32,000 nt of DNA, taken from NCBI RefSeq assembly GCF_000253055.1, contig NC_016070.1:900001-932000 (forward strand). Reading direction: 5' to 3'. The notes beneath the pieces were generated by a model. That model ran no database searches. It had not been told where the DNA came from and worked only from the letters and a program-made list of their open reading frames with translations. Below are positions 30,608-32,000 of the stretch, one piece after another (within the stretch, counting starts at the first letter, position 1; every line of letters begins with the position of its first letter). This stretch comes from Thermoproteus tenax Kra 1. Lineage in GTDB: Archaea > Thermoproteota > Thermoprotei > Thermoproteales > Thermoproteaceae. The position numbers were made by a program, and so were the translations under genes.

Positions 30608-31558
30608 GTGGTGAGAGTAGTTGTAGTGGGGGGAGGCATCGCCGGCATCTACTTTGCACACCGCCTCTTGCAGTCCACTAAGGCCGAGGTAATCTTGGTG
30701 GAGCCCAAGCCCCATCATGAGTTCGTCATAGGTATACCTATGGCCTACGGAGGGCTCTTGTCCTTCAAAGAGCTCCTTTTCCCCCTCTCGGGCCTCAAGA
30801 GGGTGAAACACGTGGCGGACGCCGCGGCGGGCGTAGAGGGGACCTGCGTGAGGCTCAGGGGAAGCGCCAACGTCTGCGGCGACTATTTGGTGTTAGCGCC
30901 CGGCTCATATAAGGTGGGGACCGCCGAGTACTGGAGCGTCGAGGGCTCCGAGAGACTCTTTGAGAGGATAAAGCCGGCGAGGGCCGTGAGGTTCGTGGTG
31001 AGCGAGTATACGCCGGTGATAGGGTTTCAAGAGCTCGCGTACGCCCTCAAGGCGCGCTTCCCCGAGAAGGAGGTCTCGGTGCACTTAGTCTACGTGTCCA
31101 ACGACTACATCTTCCTCCTGGAGCCCTGGAAGGCCAAGGCCAAGGAGATAGGCGTAGAGGTCAGCGAGGATCCGCCGCCGGCGAAGCCCAGCGGCGAGGT
31201 CCACATCTCGGTCCCCGCCGTGAGGCCCCACCCGCTCGCCGTGGGCCTTGAGGTCAAGCCGGAGACCCTTGAGACTCAGTACGAGAGGGTCTTCCTCATA
31301 GGCGACTCCTCCCTCCTCAAGCTCAGACTGCCGCCGATAGGCTGGGGCTCTCTGTGGCAAGCGTCCCTTGCAGCTCAGGCAGTGGCCTCGGAGATCGAGA
31401 GGGGGTACGTGGAGGTCCGACCAGACGAGTGGACGGCCAACACAGACCCCGAGTCCTTCAAACGCTGGCTCACCTACCGCATGACCACGGGCACTCCGCT
31501 GGTGCATCTGAAGGGTCTGTACGAGATATGGGCCAAGAGGGTTATCTCCTCTCTGTAG
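30608..31558 (+). CDS. FAD/NAD(P)-binding pyridine nucleotide-disulfide oxidoreductase family protein (SQR/NDH-2-like, short)
   Basis: 316-aa ORF with a GTG start. It has an N-terminal dinucleotide-binding motif VRVVVVGGGIAGIYFAHRL followed by VILVEP, and a C-terminal VFLIGDSS (the second FAD motif, GD). Divergent from the DsbA-like gene. Confidence 0.75.
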   Translation: MVRVVVVGGGIAGIYFAHRLLQSTKAEVILVEPKPHHEFVIGIPMAYGGLLSFKELLFPLSGLKRVKHVADAAAGVEGTCVRLRGSANVCGDYLVLAPGSYKVGTAEYWSVEGSERLFERIKPARAVRFVVSEYTPVIGFQELAYALKARFPEKEVSVHLVYVSNDYIFLLEPWKAKAKEIGVEVSEDPPPAKPSGEVHISVPAVRPHPLAVGLEVKPETLETQYERVFLIGDSSLLKLRLPPIGWGSLWQASLAAQAVASEIERGYVEVRPDEWTANTDPESFKRWLTYRMTTGTPLVHLKGLYEIWAKRVISSL

Positions 31559-31643
31559 TCCCCCAGGAGATCTGAATCAGACGCGCGGCCCCACATTAAG
31601 GCGGTTCCGTCATAGCTTAAAAGGGGGATACTGTAGCCTTAAC

Positions 31644-32000
31644 GTGTGGGAGCAGCTTCAACTGGCGTGGTCAGCGTTGTGGGAGCGGAGAGGAAGGACT
31701 CTTGGGGCAATCGCGGGGATAGTGATAGCGTATATAGCGCTCACCTTTGCGCTGTCTGTCGGCAACGCCTTCCGTATCTCGAGCATACGGTTGTTCCAAG
31801 CTCTGGGCACCAACAACGTCTTCCTCGTGGGCTCGTTCACTGACGCAGACGTGGCCTCTGTGAAGGTTTATACGGCCCCCTACGCTCTGGCGGTGATCCC
31901 AGTATCCGGGGCTCTGGGCTCCATAAGGCTCCCCAACGGGAAGATAGAGGGCGTGAATATATACGGAGTGCCCGCCCAAGACGTGAAATATCTATTGCCT
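31644..32000 (+). CDS. ABC transporter permease, MacB/FtsX-like, N-terminal part (continues beyond the window end)
   Basis: Hand translation from GTG 31644 gives VWEQLQLAWSALWERRGRTLGAIAGIVIAYIALTFALSVGNAFRISSIRLFQALGTNNVFLVG..., the canonical MacB/FtsX start (TM1, then a periplasmic domain). It stays open to the window edge and is therefore missing from the ORF track. CTTAAAAG lies about 25 nt upstream. Confidence 0.75.
   Translation, partial: MWEQLQLAWSALWERRGRTLGAIAGIVIAYIALTFALSVGNAFRISSIRLFQALGTNNVFLVGSFTDADVASVKVYTAPYALAVIPVSGALGSIRLPNGKIEGVNIYGVPAQDVKYLLP

Noticed and set aside
1-32000. CRISPR arrays, cas genes, rRNA operons, prophage or toxin-type defence islands
   Set aside because: I found no regularly spaced direct repeats beyond the single 26-nt pair at 6319-6386, no recognisable Cas/integrase/capsid motifs, and no rRNA signature sequences while reading both strands. 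The window is largely core-genome-like.

Overview
This is a densely coding chromosomal window that looks like a GC-rich hyperthermophilic crenarchaeon of the Thermoproteaceae type (Pyrobaculum/Thermoproteus-like). The basis for that call: AGG/AGA Arg and ATA Ile codons, A/T-rich TATA boxes about 25 nt upstream of start codons (mostly leaderless genes), frequent GTG starts, several KaiC-like ATPase paralogs and a C/D-box sRNA. I call about 40 protein genes. Most are housekeeping or transport: CDC48 (partial), Hsp20, M42 peptidase, nucleoside phosphorylase, UbiX, a 6-phospho-3-hexuloisomerase-like SIS protein, pyruvoyl AdoMetDC-type decarboxylase, LeuRS, TatC, an ABC-2 exporter, CDF and MFS transporters, a THUMP RNA methyltransferase, a PIN-PilT-KH ATPase, acylphosphatase, a MalK-like ATPase, a DsbA-like protein, an FAD oxidoreductase and an FtsX-type permease (partial). 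There is one tRNA, Ser(UGA). I saw no rRNA, CRISPR array, cas gene, integrase or intact IS. The items most worth a second look: (1) an operon pairing a RecA/KaiC-like ATPase with a miniature 243-aa TnpB-like RuvC/Zn-ribbon protein, head-to-head with an SPL-type radical SAM gene; (2) a stand-alone 27-codon gene for an extremely acidic Trp/Glu peptide built on a perfect 26-nt direct repeat, with its own TATA box and T-run terminator; (3) a roughly 195-nt highly structured GC-rich RNA candidate in a 385-nt gene-free gap, class unresolved; (4) a C/D-box sRNA whose guide complements the 16S decoding-centre sequence; (5) a type IV pilin-like gene beside tRNA-Ser, followed by a two-domain KaiC-like ATPase translationally coupled to a THUMP methyltransferase; (6) a short-chain dehydrogenase pseudogene split by a TnpB (IS605 orfB) fragment. 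All family assignments come from motif recognition by eye. No database search, folding program or statistic was run, and coordinates of short motifs were hand-counted.
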